From Macrostomum lignano (Eukaryota), in assembly GCA_002269645.1 (NCBI GenBank), contig NIVC01000186.1:652001-716000 (forward strand): DNA of 64,000 nucleotides, read 5' to 3'. Both the position numbers and the translations under genes were made by a program. The notes below the pieces were generated by a model. It worked only from the letters and a program-made list of their open reading frames with translations. It had not been told where the DNA came from and searched no databases. Each line of letters starts with the position of its first letter. The first letter of the stretch is position 1. Shown here one piece after another: positions 12,988 through 25,420 of the stretch.

Positions 12988-13657
12988 GTCTAGACCATAG
13001 ATACTAAATACCCTAGATAGTTCACTCAGCAATATCTTAAGTGTCAGTTTGATTTGCTACTCTCTGTCTAGTGCCATAAGTGCATATTTGCTCTATTTTT
13101 TTTTGTTGAGAAAATGATAGGCTAGCTGCCCATATCACACGCATACTTTGCAGCTTTTAATTCTTTTATCTATGGCCAAGCTTGGCAGTAGATCAAAATT
13201 CTCAAGCATAAAACCCACTGTTAAAATCTGCCCCCACCCCAAAAAAGCATTGAGTTTTAGTCATAGACAGCTAAAGAAATAGATTGACTTTGTATTTAGC
13301 TAGCGGGACAAGATACAGAGTTTAAATAAAAGAGACAGGATGGAGAAAGGATAGATTTTATACTTTGCGCTTTGAGGCTTGCCAGCAAACAGAGCAAGAC
13401 TAACACAACACTAGCAATACCACAGAATACAGAATGCCCAATCAGCCCTCTCGTAGAAAAATCTGCTGCAAAAAGTTTTTGCAAATTTAGCTACTTGAAG
13501 AAAGTGAAGAAAGGTGAAGAAAGATAGCATTCACTTATTATACTTACGCATATGCGGCTTAGAGGGGTTGTGCCATAGACGACTGAGACTGCGTTATCAC
13601 ATGAATAAGACAGTGATTAGCAGCAACAAAGGCACCAACAAAGACAACTGTAACATT

Positions 13658-14640
13658 ATGACAGTATCAAGAAGGCAATGCGCTGCATATGGCTGCTAGA
13701 ACTATGCAAAAAATGTCCTGCACAAACGAGATTTCATCGATTCCCAGCAAACCGTGAAAGGTATATTCATGTAAATGTGTGACTTGCCTGCTATTGCTGC
13801 ACAGTCATTCACTGAAACCTAACAACTGTAGGTGTGAGGATTGGGCTTGTTGCATCCTCCGAGCAGAACTCTTGGGCAAGAAGAACAAAGCGAGATAGAA
13901 GAATGCTATTGTGTGCACCCACCATTTTCCCGAAAGCATGTACATGTGTCCTGACTCCTGACCAGAGACATGAGCCTGGCATCAGACTGATGCCCACAGC
14001 TTACCCGACACTCCAGCTGTACAAAGAAACAGCAGAACCTTACCGACGCTCCCGTCCGAGAGTAAGAGTGTCTCAACTTGCGAAGGAGAGGAAGCCGAGA
14101 GAAGGTTGCACTGAGGACGATATGTAGTGTTTTGATGGGGAACCAGTCATCTCAGCTGCAGATTCAGCAAAATTGAGAGGACGAAATATCAAGCTGTTCA
14201 AGCTTTTCAAGACTCAATGCCACTGTGAGGACTGTCGCTGCGACCTCACTTCAGCCTCTGTGGAAAGCAAGGCTTTTATTTATCTGAAAAGCTACGAAGA
14301 AGGCAGCCTAGTAGTGCCCAGTGATGCAGTGGTGGCGGCTGTTGCAGAAATAAAAGCGAGCTTTCTGGCAGTGCCGTCAGATAAATTCCACAAGCCGCAT
14401 GTTGGCGCCAGTGTTAGAGCTTTGTTTCTCAGTTCAGCTCGAAGTCTCATACGAACTCATTCTGAAGAGTACAGCGAATGCTGTACTATTGGTTTAGCAA
14501 TGCTGTACACCAATCTGAGGCTCCACCATTGGTGCAACAGTTGGCAAATTCTGGCGCTGAAGAGGAAAAGCAGAAAAGGGACTGCACTTGTACGAGTGCA
14601 GAGAAAGCTGAGGCAACTGAACACTGATTTAGGAATATAA
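13658..14640 (+). pseudogene. THAP-domain / P-element-transposase-like relic (THAP fused to the C-terminus, catalytic core missing)
   Basis: CAAYGC* ... FHRFP | intron 13761-13831 | CEDW ... VCTHHFPES ... LMPTAYPTL (THAP C2CH with stops and a frameshift), then CHCEDC..L..FIYLKSY..GSLVVPS..LRLHHWC. Confidence 0.72.
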
Positions 14641-14939
14641 TTGATTGGGAAAAGCATATATGTAATTTGAACTGGATCAGCGAATACATGTTGGAGTAAA
14701 TTGGTGAATTGTTAATAATAATAAATAAATTATGCTTCAAATATGTTATTTGTTTCAAATAAATGATTAGTGGCAACACCTATGGTTTTATTCCAATTTG
14801 GGCACTGCCAAACCCGCTAATTTTAAATTTTGAAGCAATATCTAAGTTTATAGAATCATACACAGTCTACATATATACATTATATATATACAGACATTGA
14901 ATTTTTATAACTACTGCTCCGCTTCACCACAAAAGTAGT

Positions 14940-16400
14940 TTGTTTGCATATTAATTTCCAAACATCACGCGACAGCCGATCGGGCATTCTGTCTATATTC
15001 TGTGAGCAATACTTTGTGCAATCACCACATTGGCATAGAATTCAGCTCAAAGCGCTGCTGTGCAGCCACCTGCACCATACAGTGCAATCTCTTACAGACA
15101 AAAGAGTGACTGTGCGAATGCACAGGTTTCTAGCAGACGACGGAGCGAATTGATGGCGGCAGATGCTGGAATTGACTTGGACATCGGAGCCATTTGCAAA
15201 GATACGACACTTTTGCAGTGGAATACCATTCCAGACAGGGAGCTGAATCTACTCCGCCTCATTGCACAACCTGACACATTTGGTTGTTTGCAATGACGAA
15301 GAGGCTGACAACCTGAACTGCAGCCATTCATGATTCAACAGCACTGATTGTGAGCCGCCACAGGCTGGAAAGCAGAAGGCAATGCAAATAGCCAACAGCT
15401 CCACCAACCAAGGTCATGCTGAACAATGAAGCAATAACAGAATTGCTCAGCTACACAGCACAATGGTTTTAATGACAGACCAGAGCTCAGCTCCTTCGTT
15501 GGTGCCCTGCTGTCCATGGCTGCCAGCAGCCTAGCCCAGCCTGACTCGACATCCCGCAACTGCAAAGATGACAACTGCAATGCTGCTATCATAGTAGCCT
15601 GTGCCCCCACCAGTGCCAGAGACTGCGTGACTACCAAAGCGGGTCCACCAAATTCAAGTAGTGTTGTACAAGTACACCAGGCACCACAGCAGCAGCTGGC
15701 TCCAAGAAAAGCTGGACTCCTTGCAGGCTGTTAGCAATGCCTCACTGAAAGCTGTTGAGTACATTGGCAGGTATGTGCTAAAGTGAAGCCAAGTTCTTCA
15801 CTGTCAGCTGTGTAACTCTGCTTATAACATCCGCACCTGTGGGCATTCACATCCAGCACAAGACCTACTCGCATGCATCATGTGGGTTAATTGAACCATC
15901 GCCAGTGGTACCTACTTGTTGCATTTATGAAGATGGAGGCCGCATTCGCAGCTCTGACACCAGCTTCATAATCCAGCCACATGTGGCAGCTCGGTTTGTG
16001 GAACACCTCCAGGCACAATTAGTAGCACTACCTGCCTGCAAACAGCATCACACGTGGGTGTATAATCAAGTTTTTAAAACTTTTGCTCACCTACACAGTG
16101 GCGCAACCAGGGGGAGGGGCGGGGGGGGGGCCCCCCCCCTTAGGCGGGGGACCGAAAAAAAATCAAAGGGGGGACCAAGCGAATTTTCGCCAAAAACAGA
16201 GCCACCCCTCCGCCCCCCCCCCCTCCCGGGACTTTACCCTCAGAATCTGCCCCCCCCCCTTGGAAAATTTCTGGTTGCGCTACTGCACCTACAGGTGCAC
16301 CATTGGTGCTGTTGGAAAATGAAGAATTATATGGGTGCAGTGGCTCAGAAAAAAAGCCACTTCAGAAAATCAATTTCAGAAAAACAGGATGTCAATTTGG
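14940..16400 (+). pseudogene. Second P-element-like transposase relic (C-terminal region clear, N-terminal THAP doubtful)
   Basis: VEYIGRYVLK*..HCQLC..IQHKTY..GLIEPS..FAHL[MITE]QVHHWC parallels the 14173-14640 segment; weak THAP-like FCEQYF near 15000. Confidence 0.55.
16094..16285. mobile_element. 192-bp G/C-run-rich MITE with CAGTGGCG termini and a 6-bp TSD
   Basis: Terminal inverted repeats (TIRs) CAGTGGCGCAACCAG / CTGGTTGCGCTACTG; CACCTA at 16088-16093 and 16286-16291; removal restores the FAHLQVHHWC frame. Confidence 0.85.
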
Positions 16401-17687
16401 CATAGGGGGTCCAAATCCATGATACAGTAATGAAAGTCAGGATGCCATAGCATAGCACCCGTATACCAAAAAACCTAGGTATAAAGTAAGTAAGTTTGAA
16501 TGAATAAATTAAGCTTAAAATCAATGTAAATTGACTGCAAAAAACCACTGCAGTTCAACCTAGGTTGAATGGTAAGTAGTATATGAGTATAAAGGGAGCA
16601 TAAGAAAATTTATATCTAGAAGAGCTTAGTCCTTTGCCTATGCCATGCCCTAATAGCTTTATACCCTGTTAATTTTGATTGATTTAGCAATATCAAGACT
16701 TTGGTATTATAATAATCTTTTTATTATTGCAAAGTGCAACAATTTTTCTTGAAAACAAGTTGCTATTGTTGGTATCAGTAAGATTATTTTTGCCTATTAA
16801 TAATTAATAATGATATAATAAAACAATATTAATATTATTGCTGACTGTCAATGTTAATAATTAGGCCAACTAAAGCAGAAAAATCGTATGAGTTATGACC
16901 TTACTTATGCTAAATGTGCCTGTCAACAATTTATGCATATGAAATCGGTAACCATTTCAGTTTAGGTTTTGAGCACACAAAAATACAATTTAACAAAGAC
17001 TAATCTCGTGCAAGATCCAAATGCTTTTAGTTGCTACAGTTATTCTGGCCAGCTGTTTCCTAACAGCTAAGCTTTGGAAACGCCTGGCCAAGTATGTCAT
17101 GGACCTGTTCACTATGCGCAATATTATTGGCCCAGCTCAACTGCCATTGGTTGGCAATGCGCACCAATTTGAATACGGGGGCGCCGCTTTCTATCGGCAA
17201 ATCATGGAGCTTGGGCGGCAGTATCAAGACCATCCAATGTTCCGCATCTGGGTTGGCATCTATCCTATTGTTGTACTGCAGAAAGCGAAGTCTGTTGAAA
17301 GTATTCTATCTAGCAGTAAGCATATTACTAAGGCGTTTCAATATGACTTTCTGCACACCTGGCTTGGTACCGGTTTGCTAACCAGCGCAGGAGAGAAATG
17401 GCACTCCCGTAGGAAGATGCTGACGCCAGCTTTTCATTTTAGTATCCTACAGGATTTCTGTCCAGTGTTTAGCGAGCAGTCTCGAGTGCTGCTGCAGGTG
17501 CTGGATGATCAGCTGGATGCTGACGGTCAGGCTGAGCTGGATATCTTTCCCTATATGGGACGCTGCGCTCTGGATATTATCTGCGAGACTGCCATGGGCT
17601 GTCAGGTACTATTGATAGATACTGATAATATATTATCATATTATAGATGATAAATAGATAGATAAGATTCCTACAGATAGATAGAAA

Positions 17688-17992
17688 GGGGGTTGTAGCC
17701 TAGTGGTTAGAGTGTCGGACTCGCAACTTGAAGGTCGGGGGTTCGATTCTCGACCCACTCGGAACAATTTGTATCCTTGAGCAAGACACTTAACTCTGCA
17801 TTGCTTCAGTTCACCCAGCTGTAAAATGGATGCCAGCATTAGCTGGGGTAATTGAGGCTGTGTGGCGACCAACCAGTACTTGGACTGAACAGCCGTACGC
17901 AGCCTTCAGATGCGCCGCGCAATAGCTGCGGCTGAGCTGTCGGTTGCACATCTTCCCATTGGGGGCAGGTGTAGTCAATTATTATTATTAAT
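17688..17992 (+). mobile_element. tRNA-derived SINE with CORE-like central domain (family A), in CYP4 intron 1
   Basis: A box TAGCCTAGTGG, B box GGTTCGATTC, then CCTTGAGCAAGACACTTAAC...CCCAGCTGTAAAATGG (resembles the CORE domain of MIR-type SINEs), (ATT)n tail. Confidence 0.8.
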
Positions 17993-18224
17993 ATCTAGAT
18001 AGAGCTTTGAAGTGGTGGAAGAATGACTATTTAATCAATCGCTTGATTATCCAGCATGTTTGAATCTGGAGAGCTAAGTATTTCAGGGATCTAGTAATGG
18101 GATGTGTTCGATTGTTTTGTAAAAATGTAATGCAAAGAGAGGTCTTTGGATAGGTTGAAACCGTTTAAGAACCATATGGATATTTAGAGTGACGTAGATA
18201 TCAGTAGCTTTATAAAGGCTTGTA

Positions 18225-18515
18225 CACGAAAATTTGTCGTTGGGGAGTTGTCGTGCGATTCACAGTCCTAGGAGCCAGCCTCAAGCCAGCTCCCCCTCCC
18301 CTCAAGACAAGGCACATATAGAGAGTGTACATGCCTGACGATTAGAAAGTCGGGGCCGCTGTACACCCTGTGTGAGCGTGTGCCTGCGTACAGCATTGGC
18401 GCGCTTGTATTGTGCTCAGGAGTCAGCGGAATGGGCAGAATCGCTTTAGAGTTGGTAATGGCAAGGAGACAATGTCTCCGAAGGCGTTGCTCCAGAGTGC
18501 CCGCAACCCTACTGT
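18225..18515 (+). mobile_element. SINE family B copy without the tRNA head, in CYP4 intron 1
   Basis: Shares CACGAAA, GTCGTGCGATTCACA, CTCAGGAGTCAGCGGAATGGGCAGAAT and GCGTTGCTCCAGAGTGCCCGCAA with 7070-7300. Confidence 0.72.
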
Positions 18516-18982
18516 AAATATTTAGTTTTTGTCTGCAGTAATCAACTTTTACATATCTATATATGTAGGTAAAGTAAGTCTCTAGATGTATCTATAGGTA
18601 TTCAGAGTGAAAAATGGGTAGGATTTTCTTGGAATCAGTAGATCTGGCACTAGAGTAGAATAAATATAATACTAGCTACTTAGTAAGTAGTATTAGCAGC
18701 AGTTTATTACAATAGCTCCGATCCGTCCGTTTCCCCAGGTTCACGCCCAAACTGAGCAGAACAGCGAGTACGTCACCTCCGTAGCCAACATGTCCGAGAT
18801 TGTGATGCGCCGTTTGAAAAATCCCCTATACTATTCGGAGTCGCTATTCGCTCGCAGCCGCTTGTCCGCCGAGCAGAATGCCTGTCTGGGCGTTATGCAC
18901 GCCTTCACCACCGGCGTCATTGCCGAGCGTCGGGCCGACTTTGCCGCGATGTCAGAGGAGGAGCGTCGCGATCAGATGGCGA

Positions 18983-21900
18983 CATAGTTGCCACCCCTGC
19001 TCAAATTTTGAGCAATTGCTCAAAAAAATTTAAGCTGCTCAAATGCTCAATTTTATTTGGTTCTGCTCAAAAAAGTAATTATTTTTTTGCTTGTCTATTT
19101 TTTACTTCTATTGCTAAAAAGTCATTCTAAATAAAGTAAGAAAGGTCAAAATGATTCTTGTTCCTTCTTTTTGGGTCATTAGTTTTGTAATTTTCTCTAT
19201 AAACTTATACGTATAAGTCTATGTATAAGTATATTATATGTATAAGTAGTGAAAGTACTAAAGTGGGAATCTAGGGAAGTAGTAGTTTAGGTACTACGCT
19301 CGTATAAAATTCAAGTCACATTTCAGCCACATTCTAATGCCCACTGATCGAAAAACGAAGTGGAATGCTACCTGGTTATCTGAACATGACCATTCTGGGG
19401 TCAAAATATCACGATGGTGCCAGAAAGACGACGACAATGACGATGAAGCCACATGTAGATTGTGCAACCGTGGAGTAAATTTTCGTCAACATGGCATTGC
19501 TGCTTTGCGACAACATGCTGATGGTGCAAAGCACAAGGCTCTTTCTCGGGCTATGGTTGCTGCTTACAGTCAGCAAAAAATCAATGCTTTTTTCCCAATC
19601 ACTCCATCTGAGAACCAACAACTAAAAAAAGTGGAGGCAGAGGCATCTTTGCCCCAACAGACCATGGCGGCGAGCCTACGATTCGGACTGCTTGTTGTTC
19701 GGAAAGACCTATCATTCAAAACTATGGACGAAATTTCTGAAACACTGCCTGTTGCTATTCCTGATAGCAGTGTTGCTCAGAACTTTTCATGTGGAAGAAC
19801 CAAGACAACGTACCTGGTCACTGATGCACTTGCCCCACATGCTAAGGAGGAAATGTTTAAGAGCCTTCGTGACTCTCCCTTTTCAATTCTGCTTGATGAG
19901 GGCACGAAACGTGACCGCTGCTGGCTGGTTTTACTGGCCCGCACTTTCTGCATTGAAAGGCAGAAGGTAATTCTTGTCTACATTGGTTCAGAGGAGCTTA
20001 AAAATTCATCGGCGTCAAATATGAAGGACACAGTTTTGTCGTTGCTATCCCAAGCCAAATTGCCTGCAAGGAATGTTATTTCCGTGATGACAGATTCCTG
20101 CAATGCAATGAGAGGTATGCGAGATAGCTTGATGAGTAATCCTTGTTGACAAAGATCCTGTCCCTAAAATAATTCACCTTTCACATTTCAGGCATCCACA
20201 ATGGACTTCTCACCAAGCTGAAAGATGCTATGCCGCAGCTTATTGATGTTGGAGGCTGCAGTCTCCATCATGTACATAATAGTGTTCAATATGCAACTAA
20301 GGCATTTGACAGCACTGGCGAGGCTGAAGGACTGATGGATGATGTCTATAACTATTTCCGATTTGTGAAAAGGCGCGGAGCATTCCATGAGGTATGAATT
20401 TAAACTTTGCTTAATCTTGAATGTGCTTTTCTTCCCTGACAAAAATTAAAATTTTTAGATTCAGGATGCACTGGACCTGGCTGAACACGTGTTCATCCGC
20501 CGAGTCGAAACTCGCTGGCTCCAGATTCTAAACGTCATTCGACGGATTCTAGAGCAATGGGAGGCCCTGAAGCTGCACTTTGAGAAAGCTAGTGCCTCAG
20601 AACTGGACAACATTCGGGCACGACGAATCAAGCTGGCCCTTACTGATGAGATGCTAGCCAAGCTCCAGTTCTTAAGCCAAGTGCTGCCAAGATGCGAAGC
20701 ATTCGAGAAAATTTTTCAGCGGGAGAGCACTCAGGTTCACCACTTGGCTTCTTCGCTGGAAAAGCTTTTTAGTGACATTCTTCTTTGCTTCATGCGGAGT
20801 GAAGTTGTTGAAAACAGCCGCTCTCTTTCAGACCTGGTTGACAGGGCTACTGATCGCAACAATCAACTAATGAACAAAGATCTAATCATCGGCTCGGCCA
20901 CCCGTGAGACTGTTGCACGGTTACGTCAGATGGAGCAGATTGGCTTTTTTAAGTCAGTTCGCTGCTTCTTTTCTGAAATTATTAGTCGACTGTTTGCCTA
21001 CTTACCTTTCAACAACAAGGTGCTTTCTGGCCTTCAGTTTGTGGATCCTGAATACATGTTGGGATCAGACTTCAACTTTGACAACAGCATTCTACGTGTT
21101 GGGCGTGCTATGAGCACAGTCATTTCTGCCGACTTGCTGGATGATATCCGGCTGGAAGCTACAAGGCTTCGACTGACCTGCCCAACTGAGAAAGCAAAGG
21201 AGACACCAGAGGCTTTTTGGGCACAGCTTTCTGTTGAAGATTATCCTCATCTTTCTAAACTAGGTCGTGCTGCCTGCTGCATACCGCACGGTAATGCAGA
21301 TAGTGAACGAGTTTTGAAATGGGTGGCCAACAACTTGACCAAGCAGCGCAATAGGCTAGGAGAAGTTACGCTGGACTCGATTTTGGCTGTGAAAGTTTGG
21401 ATGAAATGCAACAGCACTGGCCCAGCCAAGGTCACTATTGATTCTAACCTGCTGGACACAGCTTTTCAAGCCAAAAGCAAAGCCGATGAGCGACGACGAG
21501 CTAAGCAAAACGAAAAGGCCATGAAGCGACTTCAGCAAGCACTGGAGGAGCAGCGACGACTGGTTACTGAAAAGGAGAAAGAGCTCCAGCAGCAGAAGCA
21601 ACAAAAGCAGGCAGAGGCCCAAACAAAGATTGACGAAATGCGCAAGAAGGCTCAGGACATGCTCGCACTTGCTGATAAGGAGGAGCATGCCCTACGCAAG
21701 CGGCATGGTGACAGTGAAGAAGCAAAATCAAAGAAGAAGAAGAAATGACTATGTTTGTACATTTTATCAGCTTAAAATTTACTGAATGTTTGTAGTAACT
21801 ATAACTCTAAGCTTCATGCTGTAGTCTTTATTGTCTGAGGTGCTTCTTTTTATTTTTGTCTGCGCAACTTGAAACAATTTTCCTTGTACATGTAAACCAT

Positions 21901-22034
21901 TTTTGTTTTCGAATTTACTAAATGTCTGTCATAGTGAAAAGAAAAACTGGTTTGTGGGAAGGATGCGAGTTTTTGACCTGCGCTAAAAATTAGTCCTTGC
22001 GCTACTTTTCTTCAAAAACTGGGTGGCAACTATG
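18983..22034 (+). mobile_element. Complete 3052-bp hAT DNA transposon
   Basis: Perfect 14-bp TIRs CATAGTTGCCACCC (18983-18996) / GGGTGGCAACTATG (22021-22034); 8-bp TSD GATGGCGA (18975-18982, 22035-22042). Confidence 0.95.
19337..21748 (+). CDS. Intact hAT transposase, 3 exons, 755 aa
   Basis: Exons 19337-20114, 20192-20391, 20459-21748 splice in frame with GT-AG; BED-like CRLC..H....H, ILLDEG, VMTDS, CSLH, TRWL, IPHGNADSERV; coiled-coil/basic tail ending KKKKK. Confidence 0.9.
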
Positions 22035-22327
22035 GATGGCGATTAGGCGACGAAGGAAGCGCTTAACTTTTCTTGATCTGCTGCTATTCGAAAGCGAGAC
22101 TGGTGCCAAGCTAACCGATTCGGACATTCGGGAGGAGGTGGACACCTTCATGTTCGAGGGCCACGACACCACTGCCGCCGCTATGACCTGGTGCCTGTTC
22201 CTGCTGGGCCGGCATCCCGACGTCCAGGCCGAGGTGCACAAGGAAATCGACGCCATCTGGGAAGAGGTATCAGTCTGTCTGTGCTGTATTTCTCAGGTTC
22301 AACCAAAACTGTACTCCGTGATTACTT

Positions 22328-23140
22328 CAGATCCTCCGATAGGCTACCAGAACTCGCAGATCCTCAGGTTGGGCTACCAGAACTCTCAGATCCTCCAATT
22401 GGACTACCAGAACTCTCAGATCCTCCAATTGGACTACCAGAACTCTCAGATCCTCAGATTGGACTACCAGAACTCTCAGATCCTCATACTGGGCTACCAG
22501 AAGCCTTCAGATCCTCAGACTGAGCTACCAGGACTCTCAGATCCTCAGACTGAGCTACCAGAACTCTCAGATCCTCAAATTGGGCTACCAGAACTCTCAG
22601 ATCCTCAAATTGGGCTACCAGAACTCGCAGATCCTCAGGTTGGGCTACCAGAACTCTCAGATCCTCCAATTGGACTACCAGAACTCTCAGATCCTCCAAT
22701 TGGACTACCAGAACTCTCAGATCCTCCAATTGGACTACCAGAACTCTCAGATCCTCAGATTGGACTACCAGAACTCTCAGATCCTCATACTGGGCTACCA
22801 GAAGCCTTCAGATCCTCAGACTGAGCTACCAGGACTCTCAGATCCTCAGACTGAGCTACCAGAACTCTCAGATCCTCAAATTGGGCTACCAGAACTCTCA
22901 GATCCTCAAATTGGGCTACCAGAACCCGTAGATCCTCAAATTGGGCTACCAGAAGCCTTCAGATCCTCAGACTGAGCTACCAGAAGCCTTTAGATCCTCA
23001 GACTGAGCTACCAGAAGCCTTCAGATCCTCAGACTGAGCTACCAGAACTCTCAGATCCTCAAATTGGGCTACCAGAACTCTCAGATCCTCAAATTGGGCT
23101 ACCAGAAGCCTTCAGCTGCTCAGACTGAGCTACCAGAAGC
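22328..23140. repeat. 30-bp minisatellite (CTACCAGAACTCTCAGATCCTCAAATTGGG) filling the last CYP4 intron
   Basis: Tandem units between donor 22267 and acceptor 23195. Confidence 0.95.
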
Positions 23141-23764
23141 CTTCATATCCTATATAAATAGTAGTTCTATAGCCAGAAAGCAACAAAACTCGCAGGGACG
23201 CCTCAGCCCCGAGGGCCACCTGACTTCCGAATGCCTGAACCAGCTGAGCCTGTTGGACCGCTGCGTCAAGGAGGCCCTCCGCATCTATCCGTCTGTGCCG
23301 TTCTTTGGCCGCGAAGCAGCTGAAGACATCGAAGTGGACGGCTACACAATCACCGCCGGCACCACGGTGCTGGCTCTGGCCACTCAGCTGCACCGCGATC
23401 CCGAATATTTCCCCGAGCCGGAGAAATTCAACCCGGACAGATTCCTGCCAGAGGCTGTGCGCGGACGCAATCCTTATGCCTATGTGCCTTTCTCTGCTGG
23501 GCCTCGCAACTGCATCGGCGCTAAGTTTGCCCAACTAGAAGAGAAAGCCGTGCTGTGCTGGTTTCTAAGGCACTATGACGTCACCAGCCTGCAGACTGAG
23601 GAGGAGGTTGACCCGGCCGGGGAGCTTATTCTGCGTCCGGCTCACGGTATTCGACTGCGGGTGCAGAGGAGGAACGTCTGATTCGAAATATTGATGTGTT
23701 GGAAGAACTGACAGATAACTTTGCGAGTTTCATGGGATTAATATGTTTGATTAAAAAAACCGGA

Positions 23765-24716
23765 GTGATACTTCGGAGTGTTTTTTCTCGTGTGATTCTA
23801 GCGAGTGATTCTTTAGAGTGATTTTAACGAGTGACTCTTTAGAGTGATCCCTTGCTTGTGTGACTCTTTGGAGTGATTCAAATGAGTGACTCTTCGGAGT
23901 GATTCTAGCAAGTGACTCTTCGGAGTGATTCTAGCGAGTGACTCTTCGGAGTGATTCTAGCAAGTGACTCTTCGGAGTGATTCTAGCGAGTGACTCTTCG
24001 GAGTGATTCAAATGAGTGACTCTTCGGAGTGATTCTAGCAAGTGACTCTTCGGAGTGATTCTAGCGAGTGACTCTTCGGAGTGATTCTAGTGAGTGACTC
24101 TTCGGAGATATTCTAGCGAGTGACTCTTCGGAGTGATTCTAGCGAGTGACTCTTCGGAGTGATTCAAATGAGTGACTCTTCGGAGTGATTCTAGCAAGTG
24201 ACTCTTCGGAGTGATTCTAGCGAGTGACTCTTCGGAGTGATTCTAGTGAGTGACTCTTCGGAGATATTCTAGCGAGTGACTCTTCGGAGTGATTCTAGCG
24301 AGTGACTCTTCGGAGTGATTCAAATGAGTGACTCTTCGGAGTGATTCTAGCAAGTGACTCTTCGGAGTGATTCTAGCGAGTGACTCTTCGGAGTGATTCT
24401 AGTGAGTGACTCTTCGGAGTGATTCTAGCGAGTGACTCTTCGGAGTGATTCTAGCGAGTGACTCTTCGGAGTAATTCAAATGGGTGACTCTTCGGAGTGA
24501 TTCTAGCGAGTGACTCTTCGGAGTAATTCAAATGGGTGACTCTTCGGAGTGATTCTAGCAAGTGACTCTTCGGAGTGATTCTAGCGAGTGACTCTTCGGA
24601 GATATTCTAGCGAGTGACTCTTCGGAGTGATTCAAATGAGTGACTCTTCGGAGTGATTCAAATGAGTGACTCTTCAGAGTGATTCTAGCGAGTGACTCTT
24701 CGGAGTGATTCTAGCG
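23765..24716. repeat. 26-bp minisatellite (GAGTGACTCTTCG GAGTGATTCTAGC; 13-bp dimer), ~30 units, 3' of CYP4
   Basis: Tandem units read directly; degenerate at the left edge. Confidence 0.95.
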
Positions 24717-25420
24717 ATGGACCCTTTACACGTGACCTGTGTGCCATTTTTATTACTTTGCCAAATGATTTTTTCAGTAAATAGCTAATTTTTATAAATT
24801 TATCGTTCTCTTATTGTCTCGGCTCAAAAAGTTTTGTCATAGAATAATTCGATTCTATTTCGTCATATAATTAGTCATAGTAGATCATTATGCAAGTCAT
24901 GACCAGATTTTTTAATCCTATCCTTTTACATTTTTTATACGATTGGCTTGAGTATTGAGTCGTTGTCGCAGCACAGAATTATTTGCATCCATTCTAATCC
25001 TTTCTAATTCCGTATAGATCATGCGTTTGTTGTCCCCGATTTCAAACTTTTGTTCCAATTTTAAAATAAAATAAATCAATAAATTTTTATATATTGATTT
25101 TCATCTTGATGCAGATGTTGCTGTTGATCAGTGTTTACTTTTTATTTGAAAATTAACTCTTAGGCGACTCTTTGATGATTTTTGGCGATCGTGACATCTC
25201 GTCCTTTTTAGGGTCGTGTAGAGTCACTTCTTTCCTATTTCACCTGTGTTGCTTGCAATGACTCTGGATCGACGCAAGTTGCTCTTTGGCATTGGTACTG
25301 TTTTCATAACCCATGAAAACCCAAGATAACCCACCCCATTATCCTTAATATATCAATCCCGTAGTTAAATAGTGATTCTGCTGCTAATTGAGGTCCTACT
25401 TTGATGCTAATCCGGTTTCC

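Larger units (their letters stand above)
17021..23681 (+). pseudogene. CYP4: Cytochrome P450, CYP4 clan (CYP4V/4C-like), 512 aa when rebuilt; exon 2 interrupted by a hAT transposon, so this allele is probably disrupted
   Basis: Exons 17021-17605, 18739-18982 + 22043-22266, 23196-23681; [27 protein letters not shown] (I helix), KEALR, PDRF, PFSAGPRNCIG (heme). With the insert present the frame stops at GCG ACA TAG (18985-18987). Confidence 0.9.

Noticed and set aside
12482-13001. TCTATG / CATAGA as P-element termini around the THAP relics
   Set aside because: No matching partner end or TSD found on the far side of either relic; may be a local palindrome at the Charlie target site.
17688-17760. 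tRNA gene
   Set aside because: A and B boxes are present but the acceptor stem does not pair, and a CORE-like body and simple-repeat tail follow; it is a SINE head. The same applies to 6996-7070.
21997-22975. Long ORFs with [10 protein letters not shown] / YQNSQIL repeats appended to the CYP4 I-helix exon
   Set aside because: They are translations of the intronic 30-bp array; GAG|GTATCA at 22266 and the acceptor at 23195 give a normal-length P450.
23765-24716. CRISPR-like look of the 26-bp array with a hairpin in each unit
   Set aside because: No unique spacers (only a few recurring variants), eukaryotic context, no cas genes.
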